Numbered from the stretch's first letter, positions 28,949 through 38,791 are shown. The stretch: 53,428 nucleotides of DNA from Thermoplasmatota archaeon (GCA_023487765.1 JAMDBW010000052.1:1-53428); one strand, 5' to 3'. Program-made: numbers and translations. The notes: a model not told the origin generated them from the letters alone.

Positions 28949-30916
28949 ATGTCATCCTGCTATAGGGGAAAAATGTCAGGAAGGGATCTCAACAACTCGG
29001 GTTTCAGCACTTTCATTGCCGGTAATGAGGCTGAACTCGAGGCACATTTCTCTGGATTCAGTGCACTGAGAGCAGTTTCCTATGTTGTTTCAATAAAGTG
29101 GATTCTGGAGTTTCTGGAAAGAAATCAATTTGAAAGCATCGAGATCGTGGTGGGAAAGGAGGTTTCCGATCTAAACCCCGCCGAATTGCTTAAGGATGAG
29201 GTTGCAAGCGATAAGGGAAATCTTGCCTGTCAAATCCTCGGGATGATGGAGCAGGGAAGGTTGAAGATATACACCTCGGATCGTATTGTGCATTCCAAGT
29301 TCTACATTTTAACCGGCAGAGGGGCTATAAGGGTTATTCAGGGCTCAGCTAACCTGACCACGTCAGCGAGGAAAGGGAAACAGGTGAACTATCTCTGGAA
29401 GTGGGATCTGGAACCCGGAGCTGACAAGTCGCTTATTGAGAGATTCAACGCAGATTATGAGCTGCACAAGAAATATTGCTCTCTATTCATGCAGGATCTC
29501 CAGGATATGCTCAAGGAAGCAGGAGATGAAGATAGGGAAAGGGTGCTCAATAACTGGCTTGGAAGAAATGTTGAGCCACAGGAAATCGGGATAATGCCCA
29601 TGCTCACGCAGATGGCCACAGAGGTCCTGGTCGGTGACAGCGGCGAACCGGTATACCGGATGATGCTGCCTGCAGAACCATCAAAACGAAAACCCATAGA
29701 ACAGTTCCTCCGGCCCGTAAAACACGAAATAGAATCATCTCAAATAGTCTTCCTGAAAAAGGATTTCCTTAACAGCGAAAATCTGTTTGTCCCAATAATG
29801 CGGGTGGATTTTGAAAATCACAGAATAGTCTTCAACATCAGGGCCGAAAAAATCACAGTAGGTGATGCCACACCTCCCGGTGAGGAAGTGAACACATGTC
29901 TGGCCAATATTGAGGAGTACATCAAATCTATCGACATGGGCAAGACAAGGAACAGGACAATCAACAACATGACCAAGATGAGCGTATATGAAGGGCTGAT
30001 CTACTTCCTGTCATCACCTTTCCTGAACCAGTATATGAGAATAAAGAGGGCCAAGGTGGGAAGAGTCGATGAAAGGGGTCCGAGATTTCTTTTCATATCG
30101 GGAGGATCAAGCAACGGAAAGACCACTTTTATTAAGTACGCGCTGAAACTTCTGACGGGTAAAGACATCAATCCAATAGACAAATCAAATTTCAGGAAAC
30201 AGAATATTCTCACGGCAGCGGGGCTGGGCACGAATTTTCCCCTCGTTTTTGACGACGTACCTCCCCAGCGGCTGAATTCTTCTGATATGGAAACAACCAT
30301 CAAGAGTTACTGGGAAACCTGGTGGAATGGCCAGAGCATCTTCCCGACAATTATAGTCTCTTCAAATGCCAAGTCTACCAAGGAATGGCACCAGACACGT
30401 GTCAAGACTCTTAATTTCGATGTTCATTTTGAACCTTCAATGAAGGCCAGGGAGAAACTCAACGACATTTTCAATCAGCAGAATAGTATTTTTTCTGCGT
30501 TCGCTTCATATTATTTCACACATTTTAGTGAAGACATATCGGACGATGAACTTGAACATGGGAGAAGAACAATGCTGAGGTTATATGATTACGCCGGCAG
30601 ACAGGTACCGGAATATTTCCCAAAAGCGCCGGTGGAAACAATTTATGATCCCGACAGGCTAAAATGGCGTGAACTCATAGACCTTGGAAAGGTCAGCATC
30701 GTGGAAAAGAACGACTCGATGGAGTTAACATTTCTGGAGGGATTCAACCGATCCGATGTGGAGCACTATGCTGATTCCATCAGACACGCAAAACACCGAA
30801 TAGTCGGAAATACTATTATAATAGAAAGCCCGGAGGACTTTCGGAAGTGGCTGGGGCTGGAGGAGAATGCCAGTCCGGGAATATTTGAAAAACTGTTCAG
30901 GAGGAGGAACAGGTAA
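28949..30916 (+). CDS. PLD-family (HKD) nuclease domain fused to SF3/D5-P4-type P-loop NTPase
   Basis: 655-aa ORF. The N-terminus has a single HKD-type motif 'IVHSKFYILTGRGAIRVIQGSANLTTSA' (HxK...GSxN). The C-terminal half has Walker A 'FISGGSSNGKTTFIKYALKLLTG', Walker B 'FPLVFDDV' and an SF3 motif-C-like 'TIIVSSN'. An alternative start at 28973 sits about 35 nt downstream of a TATA-like 'TTTTTAAGTATAT'. Confidence 0.7.
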   Translation: MSSCYRGKMSGRDLNNSGFSTFIAGNEAELEAHFSGFSALRAVSYVVSIKWILEFLERNQFESIEIVVGKEVSDLNPAELLKDEVASDKGNLACQILGMMEQGRLKIYTSDRIVHSKFYILTGRGAIRVIQGSANLTTSARKGKQVNYLWKWDLEPGADKSLIERFNADYELHKKYCSLFMQDLQDMLKEAGDEDRERVLNNWLGRNVEPQEIGIMPMLTQMATEVLVGDSGEPVYRMMLPAEPSKRKPIEQFLRPVKHEIESSQIVFLKKDFLNSENLFVPIMRVDFENHRIVFNIRAEKITVGDATPPGEEVNTCLANIEEYIKSIDMGKTRNRTINNMTKMSVYEGLIYFLSSPFLNQYMRIKRAKVGRVDERGPRFLFISGGSSNGKTTFIKYALKLLTGKDINPIDKSNFRKQNILTAAGLGTNFPLVFDDVPPQRLNSSDMETTIKSYWETWWNGQSIFPTIIVSSNAKSTKEWHQTRVKTLNFDVHFEPSMKAREKLNDIFNQQNSIFSAFASYYFTHFSEDISDDELEHGRRTMLRLYDYAGRQVPEYFPKAPVETIYDPDRLKWRELIDLGKVSIVEKNDSMELTFLEGFNRSDVEHYADSIRHAKHRIVGNTIIIESPEDFRKWLGLEENASPGIFEKLFRRRNR

Positions 30917-30958
30917 TGTCCTGACTCTCAATTTATACGGGAATCATGTGGTGGTATT

Positions 30959-31519
30959 ATGAAAAGCGGAATTACTGCAATATACAGGTTCAAGGTTGCA
31001 TTGAAGGGCAGACGAGGCATCTGGCGCCGCATAGAAATCAGGGGAGACCAGACACTTGCTGACCTGGACAGGATTATACGAATTGCCTTTAATCATGACA
31101 CATGGGATCACCTCGGGGAATTTTATTCCGGAAAGCCCTGGTATCGATCAGGTTATGGAGAAATCAATCCGAATGGAGGAGGCGAAGGGGCGAAGATCCC
31201 GATAGCCTCCTTAGGGTTACAGGAGGATGACAGGATAGGCTATGTATACGATTTTGGCTCCGAAATCCATCACTACGTCACTCTTGAGAGCATGTCGGAA
31301 AGTACGGATCCTGCAGCCAGATATCCCCTTATTGTATCACGAAACAATCCGAGGTACAAGTATTGTGTGGAGTGTGCGGCGTCCGGCAAGAAAAATGTCG
31401 CAACTCAGGTCTGTCTCGATTGCTCTACCGAAGATGGCTCTGAACCCGAATATATCTGTGAGGACTGTGGATATGCAGACAAGCATGAGGAACATTTTCT
31501 TGAAGATATTGTGTATTGA
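30959..31519 (+). CDS. MM3350-like (plasmid pRiA4b ORF-3 family) domain protein with C-terminal Cys-rich zinc finger
   Basis: 186-aa ORF. 'YRFKVALKGRRGIWRRIEIRGDQTLADLDRIIRIAFNHDTWDHLGEFY' matches the PRiA4_ORF3/MM3350 N-terminal signature. The C-terminus has CxxC-x12-CxxC-x11-CxxC-x5-HxxH. Confidence 0.7.
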   Translation: MKSGITAIYRFKVALKGRRGIWRRIEIRGDQTLADLDRIIRIAFNHDTWDHLGEFYSGKPWYRSGYGEINPNGGGEGAKIPIASLGLQEDDRIGYVYDFGSEIHHYVTLESMSESTDPAARYPLIVSRNNPRYKYCVECAASGKKNVATQVCLDCSTEDGSEPEYICEDCGYADKHEEHFLEDIVY

Positions 31520-31632
31520 GCCATTCATGACTCCGAAGAACGGTAGAGGTAATACCTTTTGGAAGGTTTATGAACAAGGCTTGAAATACTGCATTACACA
31601 TCATGTCACAGAAGGAGTAATTACGCCGATTC

Positions 31633-32826
31633 GTGTTTGCAACTACAGATTGGGAGGAATGCATCCTGGGCGATAACAAGAGACCGGACAGCAGGGAATC
31701 TAATTCGAGTTCTATAACCAGAGAGGACGTACCGAACTTACCAGTGATCAGGGAAATGATACAGAAGGACATCGACTACTCCCAGGCTTTATTCGAGTAT
31801 GCCCAGGAGTACTATGACAGGGAGTGCAGGCTGTATGCTTATGAATGCCCGGACAACACAGACCTCTCCGCCGAACTGCGCTATAAACAAATCTACTTAT
31901 GGTTCATCACCGAAAAGGTCCTGCCTTCCAGAGGTCGTACTGTTCTGGAGGAATTCGTGGAGAAATACATTGCCCCAAAAGATCCGGAGGTTGCAAAAAG
32001 GTTACTTCGGTCAAAGAGCATGATAAGGGGTTCCTTTAAGGTTCTCGACGTAACATATTACCCCTGTGTACTCGTGGATCATCTGGAATCCGGGAAAAGA
32101 TATCTTGCCGTTACCAAGATTCCTCCATCGCCACAGGCGAAAGAGACATTTCTCCCTGAGAAGGTAATAAAAGGAAAAATTCATCCATGGTGGGATAAGT
32201 ACTTCATTTTTGACGGGATTCTGACCAGGGAGCCAACGCGTGAAGAAATTGCCAGTCAAATGGGGTTCATCTTTGATCCCGGCATAATTATGGAGCGATA
32301 CGAGAGTGATCAGATCAGAAAATTTGAGTCAATATCGCTAAATCTTAAAACAACGCTCTCATCTGCGTTTAACAAATATCCGTCACAATGGGTTGACGGA
32401 ATGTGTTCGGCATCCGGTATCAGCATAAAGCAGGTAAGAACTAAACGAGACAAGATCGATGCTCTTGTTTCCAAGCTTGAAAATGGATATGCTGATTACC
32501 TTCTCAGGGAGAGATTCACGGAGAAGCAGATTGCTATCCTGGAAATGCTTCACAGAGGTGGCTGGGTCCTGAAATATGGTCAACTGACAAAACAATTTTC
32601 ATCGGAAACAACTTTCTGGTGGGTTGAGGATCCTCCAACATCTGATATCGGCGTTCTGCGATTGCATGGATTTATTGTAATCGGCAAACTCCCCGAGGGA
32701 GGAAAGCACTATAAGGTGGCTGTTGTTCCGGTTGAGTTAAGATCCACGGTCAAAAACTTCCTCACTGCCAGGGCAAAGTATCCATCACGTCATCTACGCT
32801 TGAGACCTACCGGGTCATGTCAATGA
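31633..32826 (+). CDS. Hypothetical protein (up to 397 aa)
   Basis: Long ORF on the same strand as its neighbours. The track start is a GTG, and the first ATG is at 31756 ('MIQKDIDY'). I recognise no catalytic motif. The C-terminal part (..EKQIAILEMLHRGGWVLKYGQLTKQF..) could be a wHTH. Confidence 0.5.
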   Translation: MFATTDWEECILGDNKRPDSRESNSSSITREDVPNLPVIREMIQKDIDYSQALFEYAQEYYDRECRLYAYECPDNTDLSAELRYKQIYLWFITEKVLPSRGRTVLEEFVEKYIAPKDPEVAKRLLRSKSMIRGSFKVLDVTYYPCVLVDHLESGKRYLAVTKIPPSPQAKETFLPEKVIKGKIHPWWDKYFIFDGILTREPTREEIASQMGFIFDPGIIMERYESDQIRKFESISLNLKTTLSSAFNKYPSQWVDGMCSASGISIKQVRTKRDKIDALVSKLENGYADYLLRERFTEKQIAILEMLHRGGWVLKYGQLTKQFSSETTFWWVEDPPTSDIGVLRLHGFIVIGKLPEGGKHYKVAVVPVELRSTVKNFLTARAKYPSRHLRLRPTGSCQ

Positions 32827-33106
32827 ACGGGACTTGAGCAAGGGTCATGAAAATACCGGAGAAACATAGTTTTCCCGCCCGCCAGTGAGTAGACTTGCAA
32901 ATAACTCACATAAATTGAGTGTGAAGAAAACCGCTCAGGGTCGGACTTGTTTTGACAGGCATTCAGGCAAATGACCTGCCCGTTCGTAGTAGCCATAACA
33001 TGGGGGCACAAGTCTTCAAAAAGATCGAAGAGTGTTGATCAGGCCATTGAGATGGTGACAGGCATATATGTAATTTCAGGGGATAGAACGGAAACATCCT
33101 GAGACA

Positions 33107-34994
33107 GTGGAACCCGTAACAAAGGAAAACAGGAATTTTATCGCAATCCCGGACTTAAGGGTATACTTGCCTCCCGCTGATTCGCAAACAATCGGGATAA
33201 ATGCCCGGTTTCAGGATATCATTATTTTGTACTGCGGACAAAGGGAGTGCATATTAAACTGGAAAGGATCAGATGATGGTGGGAGCATACCAAAGAATCC
33301 GGGAATGAGAGATTTTGTGGATCAAGTCAGGGAGAAGCTGGAAACGTATTCACCAGAGACGGTGAAGGATATTATCATAAGGTGGGCCATTAGCACCCCT
33401 CCGGGAAAGAGAATTGAATTTCTGGACAGACTGACCCACTTATCTCCGAAGGAAAACACGCACATTGGCGGCCCAGAACTCATTGATGAGATAAACGGGC
33501 TTGCAAAACGCGTCGAGAACGGAAATTACGGTGAGTACAGGGGAGAGGATGATTATCCCTACGGCGAGGATTTCAGCGATGAAAGTTGGGCTGATGAAAT
33601 CGACACATTCATGGAAGATGCCCGCTCCAATATGAAATCCGGCAGCTACGCGCTGGCTCGCGACGCATACAGTATGTTATTCAGGATTCTGGAATCAGGC
33701 GAAGAATCAGGTCACCTTCCCGGGAACTATGATCCTGCCAGTATGCTCAGTACAGACTTGAACGAAGCCCGCTCCTGTTACCTGTTGTCCGTCTATTTCA
33801 CGTCACCGCCTGAGATGCGTCCGGTGAACTTATATGAAGGTATGCAGCGATTTGCTACTCTTGTCGGGGATGATCTGAACCTCAGGTCAATGAAAAGTGC
33901 AGGATTAGAAATTCTTCCGGATTTCGACGAATTCCTGGAAGCGTGGATTGAACTGCTGAGAGGCAAAAACTCCACGTTCACCCGTTATCTTCTGCGCGAG
34001 GCTGTTATCTTATCCGGAGGCATAAATGCCATAGCGGAACTGGCACAAAAAACTGGTAGTGAACATCCCAGTGCATACATCGCGTGGATTGAGATGCTGG
34101 AGAAAGAAGGGAATTTCGTGGATATGGCAAGAGCAGCTGAGAAAGGACTTGCCAGTGTACCGGGCGATTATGTCAGGAGAGCTGAAATCGGAGAATGCCT
34201 GGTCAGAGCCGGAGAACATCTTGGCAACATAGATTTACAGATTTCCGGCTCCCACGAAGCATTTTATTCTTTTCCCTCTCTGAAAAATCTTTTGTCGTTA
34301 TTACTCATTGCAGAAAAGCAGAATGGCTACTATGGAGAGATCGAGGCAGCAATTAGCAGGATAGATTCGCTGATTCGAGATAAGAGGAAAAACAATGTGC
34401 CTGTATCAATGGAAGATGAGGAATCCTCGAAGTCTTTTGCAGGTGACAGTTTACTGGTTCAAACTTTTCTGCTCGGCGGGCGCTATGAGGACGCCTTTAA
34501 TTCCATTATTTCGAAACCTTCCGCTGGGCTGGAGCTATGGCGACAACCAAAAAGGACTCGTACTGGCATTCTTCCTGAAACTACTTGCAGGAGAGAAAGA
34601 TGCACATTCTGCATCTAACATCGAACGGCTATGGGAAGATTCTACAGGGCACACTGGCTTTTTATTCATGGATCAGGAAGGGATTGCCAAAAGATTCGGC
34701 ACGGCAATGGATAAGATATTTCGTTCTGCAAAGCTCTCAGACGATGAAAAAGTGAAGTACACAAAATGGTGCGTTGAAGAAACCGGCAAGAGGACTGACG
34801 CAATAGTCGGAGGGAAACACCGGAATAGTTACAATAAGGCCGCCGTCGTGCTTGTCGCATGTGCTGAAATGCTCAGTAAACATGGAGAGCGATCAGCTGG
34901 TAAGGAACTGGTGGAAGGATATCGTTCAAAATATAACCGCCATTCTGCGTTTCAGGGTGAACTTCGGAACGCTTTGAGGATCGCCAGTCTTTAA
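33107..34994 (+). pseudogene. Large helical-repeat protein (~629 aa) interrupted by a +1 frameshift
   Basis: Two overlapping ORFs (33107-34618 and 34395-34994) read as one protein if the frame changes near 34500-34520: ...GGRYEDAFNSIISK | LPLGWSYGDNQKGLVLAFFLKLLAGEK.... After that point the first frame becomes basic and Cys-rich nonsense (RQPKRTRTGILPETTCRRERCTFCI*). Confidence 0.55.
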
Positions 34995-35245
34995 AGAAGA
35001 GGAGAATGGCGGGCAACGCGTTCGAATCAACACTTTTCCCCCCTCATCCGCTGCTTACTCGAACTGACGTTTTTCTCAAATCGCCTGATGCTGTGATTAC
35101 TCGGTGAAAATTACATGGAAGTCGCCCTGAAATATCCGTTCATCCTGGAAACTATTGAATGAACTGTCCGCACTTCACCTTCGTCAGGCAACTTTGTGTA
35201 ACAAATCCATAAATACCATCGCTTCATGTTTATGTGTAGAGGCTT

Positions 35246-36064
35246 ATGAAAACCAAGGAAATGGAGCTACTTGTAAAAACGCATGACGGTACGGACATTA
35301 AGACATTCATTGCGAGACCGGATGATGACAGACCACATCCCGGCGTTCTCGTGATAATGGAAATCTGGGGAGTGACCGACTTTATAAGAACCGTGTGTCG
35401 CAGGCTTGCTGAACATGGTTACGTTGCCCTGGCGCCCCACCTTTACTCAAGGAAGGAGCAGTTTGACCTGTTCACTGAGGAGAACATAATGGATGCCATG
35501 AGGCCGTTCTGGGCACTTCCGCCTGAAAAAAGGGGAGATCAGGAAACAGTCAGGGAGGTCCTCTCCAGAGCCTCAGAGAACTCCAGGAAGATTGTCAATG
35601 AGGTGATGTTCAACAGGCAGAAATTGGAGGAAAACATGATAAAGGACCTGGAGTATGCCTACAGTTACCTGTTCAAGGAGTGCAATACAACCAGGAAAGG
35701 CGTTGTCGGTTTCTGTCTCGGCGGAGGCCTTGCATTCCAGCTTTCAACACAGGTCGAATTTGACGCCTCAGTAATATTTTACGGGGCCAACCCGAGAAAA
35801 ATAGACGATCTGGAAAGGATCAGGGGGGCTGTCATGGGATTGTACGCCGGTGAGGACGGGAGCATCAATGCCGGCCTTCCGGATCTGCTGAAAAACGTTG
35901 TGAAGCACAAGGTGAATTTCGAGATGAAGATCTATCCGGGAACCTTCCATGCATTCTTCAATCACACTGGAATGAGTTACAACGAACCGGCAAGCAGGGA
36001 TGCGTGGAAAATGCTTTACAGGTTCTATGCCGAAAATCTTGGTGGGCTGAATGGCGGAAACTGA
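35246..36064 (+). CDS. Dienelactone hydrolase family protein
   Basis: 272-aa ORF. It has 'GVLVIMEIWGV', the nucleophile motif 'VVGFCLGGGLA' (G-x-C-x-G-G) and a C-terminal 'YPGTFHAFFN'. Confidence 0.8.
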   Translation: MKTKEMELLVKTHDGTDIKTFIARPDDDRPHPGVLVIMEIWGVTDFIRTVCRRLAEHGYVALAPHLYSRKEQFDLFTEENIMDAMRPFWALPPEKRGDQETVREVLSRASENSRKIVNEVMFNRQKLEENMIKDLEYAYSYLFKECNTTRKGVVGFCLGGGLAFQLSTQVEFDASVIFYGANPRKIDDLERIRGAVMGLYAGEDGSINAGLPDLLKNVVKHKVNFEMKIYPGTFHAFFNHTGMSYNEPASRDAWKMLYRFYAENLGGLNGGN

Positions 36065-36277
36065 CGGGGAAGGGCTGCTGGACGGATGCTTTTTCACGTG
36101 GGTGCAGGTGACGGAACATTACAGCAGGAAGGGAGAGATAGACGAAAAGACAAAGAACTTCAGGGGAGAGAAGAAACGGTAGCTTGCGGAGATCTTCAGG
36201 CAAATTTGTGGTTGCAATCCATAATCTAAGGCCGTGATTCAACCATGCTCATTTCTTAACCGGGAAAACCGCGACAT

Positions 36278-37504
36278 CTAGAACCGGCTGGTTATTTCTG
36301 CATTTGTTTCAAGACCATTGGAGGACAGGAAACTGGATAGTTCGATCTCAGAATCCATTGTGGAAATCGAATCTATATCCTTAAGGATGTGCCCTGTTAT
36401 TATGGAAACTACTGAATCTGTCCTGTCAATTAGCCCTTCGTTGACAAGCTTCCTGACGCCAGCCACCGATGCGGCGGAAGCCGGCTCACAACCAATACCG
36501 GCAGAATCAATTTTCCTCTTTGCCTCCATGATCTCTGTGTCTGAAACAGTTGTAACGATACCATTGGTGAATCTTATGCTTTTCAGTGCCTTCTCCCAGT
36601 TCACCGGATTACCTATTCTTATGGCGGATGCGATAGTGTTTGCCTTGACAGGGACCAGATTTTCTGTTTTTCCGGACCACAGGTTATAAAATGGACTCGC
36701 TCCTTCTGCCTGCACAGAAATAATCCTTGGAACTTTGTCAATGACCCCCATCTCCTTCAGTTCCATGAGTCCTTTGCCTATTGCTGTGGTGTTTCCCAGG
36801 TTTCCCGCGGGAAGAGAGATGAAATCAATATCCGGGTTCTTCTCCATTATCTCGAAGGCAATGGTTTTCTGCCCCTCTATTCTCCATGGGTTCAGGGAAT
36901 TGAGGAGGTAGTATTCGTGGTTTTTTTCAATGATGGTTTCAAGCTGCGACATGGCAGCGTCAAAATCTCCGGAAACACTGACTATTCTAGCTCCATAGGC
37001 TATTGCTTGGGCAAGTTTAGCCCGAGACACGTTCTTCTTTGGTATGAGCACATAGCTGTCTATGCCTGCAATAGAACTGTATGAGGCTGCGGAAGCAGAA
37101 GTATTACCCGTGGAAGCGCAAATTGTAGCCCTGACTCCGAGCCGCAAAGCCTCGGAGACGGCAAGGGTCATTCCCCTGTCCTTGAAGCTTCCCGTCGGAT
37201 TCTCTCCCTCGTGCTTCATGGATATGTTATCCACACCAGTCCATTCACTCACTTTTCTGTGTGAGTAATGATGGGTGTTACCCTCTCCTCTTGAAATTAT
37301 AAATTTATCCGGAACTGACGGATGAATAATTTTCTTGTATCTCCAGACACCGGAAATTTCTGAATCGAACCACGCATCTCCAAGTTTGTGCCTCACTTCC
37401 AGTATTCCATTGCAACTGTCACACCTGTACTTCTTTCTGTTTATGGTGTACTCTTTTCCGCATCTGAAGCATTTCAGGAATGATTCTGTCATATCCGTTC
37501 CCAT
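36278..37504 (-). CDS. thrC: Threonine synthase
   Basis: 408-aa ORF with an N-terminal zinc ribbon (CFRCG..CDSCNG). The PLP-lysine motif is 'ENPTGSFKDRGM', with 'STGNTSASAA' following. Confidence 0.85.
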   Translation of the reverse strand: MGTDMTESFLKCFRCGKEYTINRKKYRCDSCNGILEVRHKLGDAWFDSEISGVWRYKKIIHPSVPDKFIISRGEGNTHHYSHRKVSEWTGVDNISMKHEGENPTGSFKDRGMTLAVSEALRLGVRATICASTGNTSASAASYSSIAGIDSYVLIPKKNVSRAKLAQAIAYGARIVSVSGDFDAAMSQLETIIEKNHEYYLLNSLNPWRIEGQKTIAFEIMEKNPDIDFISLPAGNLGNTTAIGKGLMELKEMGVIDKVPRIISVQAEGASPFYNLWSGKTENLVPVKANTIASAIRIGNPVNWEKALKSIRFTNGIVTTVSDTEIMEAKRKIDSAGIGCEPASAASVAGVRKLVNEGLIDRTDSVVSIITGHILKDIDSISTMDSEIELSSFLSSNGLETNAEITSRF

Positions 37505-37611
37505 CTTAATATCCGGTCCAAAGGTTGCAGTATCGTAATGTTAGGCCAACCTGCCTCGACTGTATCGCCAGCATGTACAAATTATGTTCTGAAAGAACCC
37601 CGAGAAGAGTA

Positions 37612-38541
37612 TCATCCCTCATACATGGTCGCACCTCCGGCTATGTTGCACTGCACGAACTCTGTATCAATACCGCGCTGCTTCATAAGTGGCTTCACCC
37701 TCAGCTTAATGTTCTCCACGTTCGTTTCATCATCCACGAGAAGGATCATGCTTGGCCCGGCGCCGCTTACGGATACGCCTATTGCATTTTCCTGCAGGCA
37801 TATCTCCTTCACTTCCGGGTAGAATGGAAACAGGGAAAGCCTGGAGGTTTCAACAATATTGTCATTCATTCCTTCCCTTAGAAGGCTCCTGTCACCGCCA
37901 GTCAGGCCCAGAACCAGCAGGGACATCAGTCTTGAATTCCCTATGGCGCTATCCATGTGAACCATTTCCGGCACCATGCTTCTGGCCATTTTTGTCTTGC
38001 CGCGTATCTCTATTCTGGGTATTATGAGCATAATCCGGTTCATGCAATGCGGCCCCAGTGGAAGTACTCTGAGTGGTTTCGTCGATTTGACGAAAACAAC
38101 GCCTCCAAATATGCTTGCAGCCACATTATCAGCGTGCGGAGAACCAGAAGAGGCTCCTTCACCAAGCATTGCGTAGTGTGTCAGCATTTCCTTGCTGAGG
38201 TCGAGATCGAGGAGCCTGTTGGCAGCTATCACAGATCCTGCGGCCGAGGCTCCACTGCTACCAAGTCCCAGTCCCTCAGGAATTCCTTTCTCAACTGAAA
38301 TTAAGAATCTCCCTTTTATGTCCAGATCCTCAGCCATTTTCATGAAAGCATAGCTTGCCGTGTTCTTCACAGGATCCGCCTGGATCCCGTCGTGAATAAT
38401 GCTTACTTCCAATGCTCCTGTATTCTCCACCATATTGAGGGTTATCTTGTCACGGAATGCATCATGAGCAAGTGCCAGGGTATCGAATCCAGATCCCAGG
38501 TTTGCAGATGACGAATAGGATATTGCTGTTAGTTTTTTCAA
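37612..38541 (-). CDS. thrB: Homoserine kinase
   Basis: 309-aa ORF with the GHMP-kinase motif 'IPEGLGLGSSGASAAG'. It is adjacent to thrC on the same strand. Confidence 0.85.
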   Translation of the reverse strand: MKKLTAISYSSSANLGSGFDTLALAHDAFRDKITLNMVENTGALEVSIIHDGIQADPVKNTASYAFMKMAEDLDIKGRFLISVEKGIPEGLGLGSSGASAAGSVIAANRLLDLDLSKEMLTHYAMLGEGASSGSPHADNVAASIFGGVVFVKSTKPLRVLPLGPHCMNRIMLIIPRIEIRGKTKMARSMVPEMVHMDSAIGNSRLMSLLVLGLTGGDRSLLREGMNDNIVETSRLSLFPFYPEVKEICLQENAIGVSVSGAGPSMILLVDDETNVENIKLRVKPLMKQRGIDTEFVQCNIAGGATMYEG

Positions 38542-38791
38542 ATGGGAATTGGATTTACTTTGTTGAATAAAAGCCTTTCATGCTTGGAATCCTGAAATTG
38601 ATATAAAAAAGTCATAAATTGCGACATTTTCCATGGAGTTCCAGTGGATTCAGGTTGAAATGCCGGGAAGAAATGATTCCAGCAGACTCCCGACGGGGCA
38701 GTGGAGTGCATCTGACGCGTGAGGTGTTCTTCCCCCGTAACCGGCGTCATCGCCAGGGGAAGTATAAATTCATGACACTGATGGCAGGAAG

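Noticed and set aside
35015-35035. A 'GTTCGAATC' T-loop-like string at the right edge of the 27.7-35 kb cluster, which could be a tRNA or att remnant.
   Set aside because: The flanking bases do not form a T-stem, no acceptor or anticodon arms are present, and no matching repeat occurs at the left edge (27441-27720).
38665-38734. Nested inverted repeats (GGGAAGAA...TTCTTCCC enclosing ACTCC...GGAGT) in the 250-nt thrB/GNAT spacer, which could be a structured RNA.
   Set aside because: The stems are short, I recognise no known riboswitch or sRNA consensus, and I cannot assess covariation. It would only be worth a scan with Infernal/RNAz.
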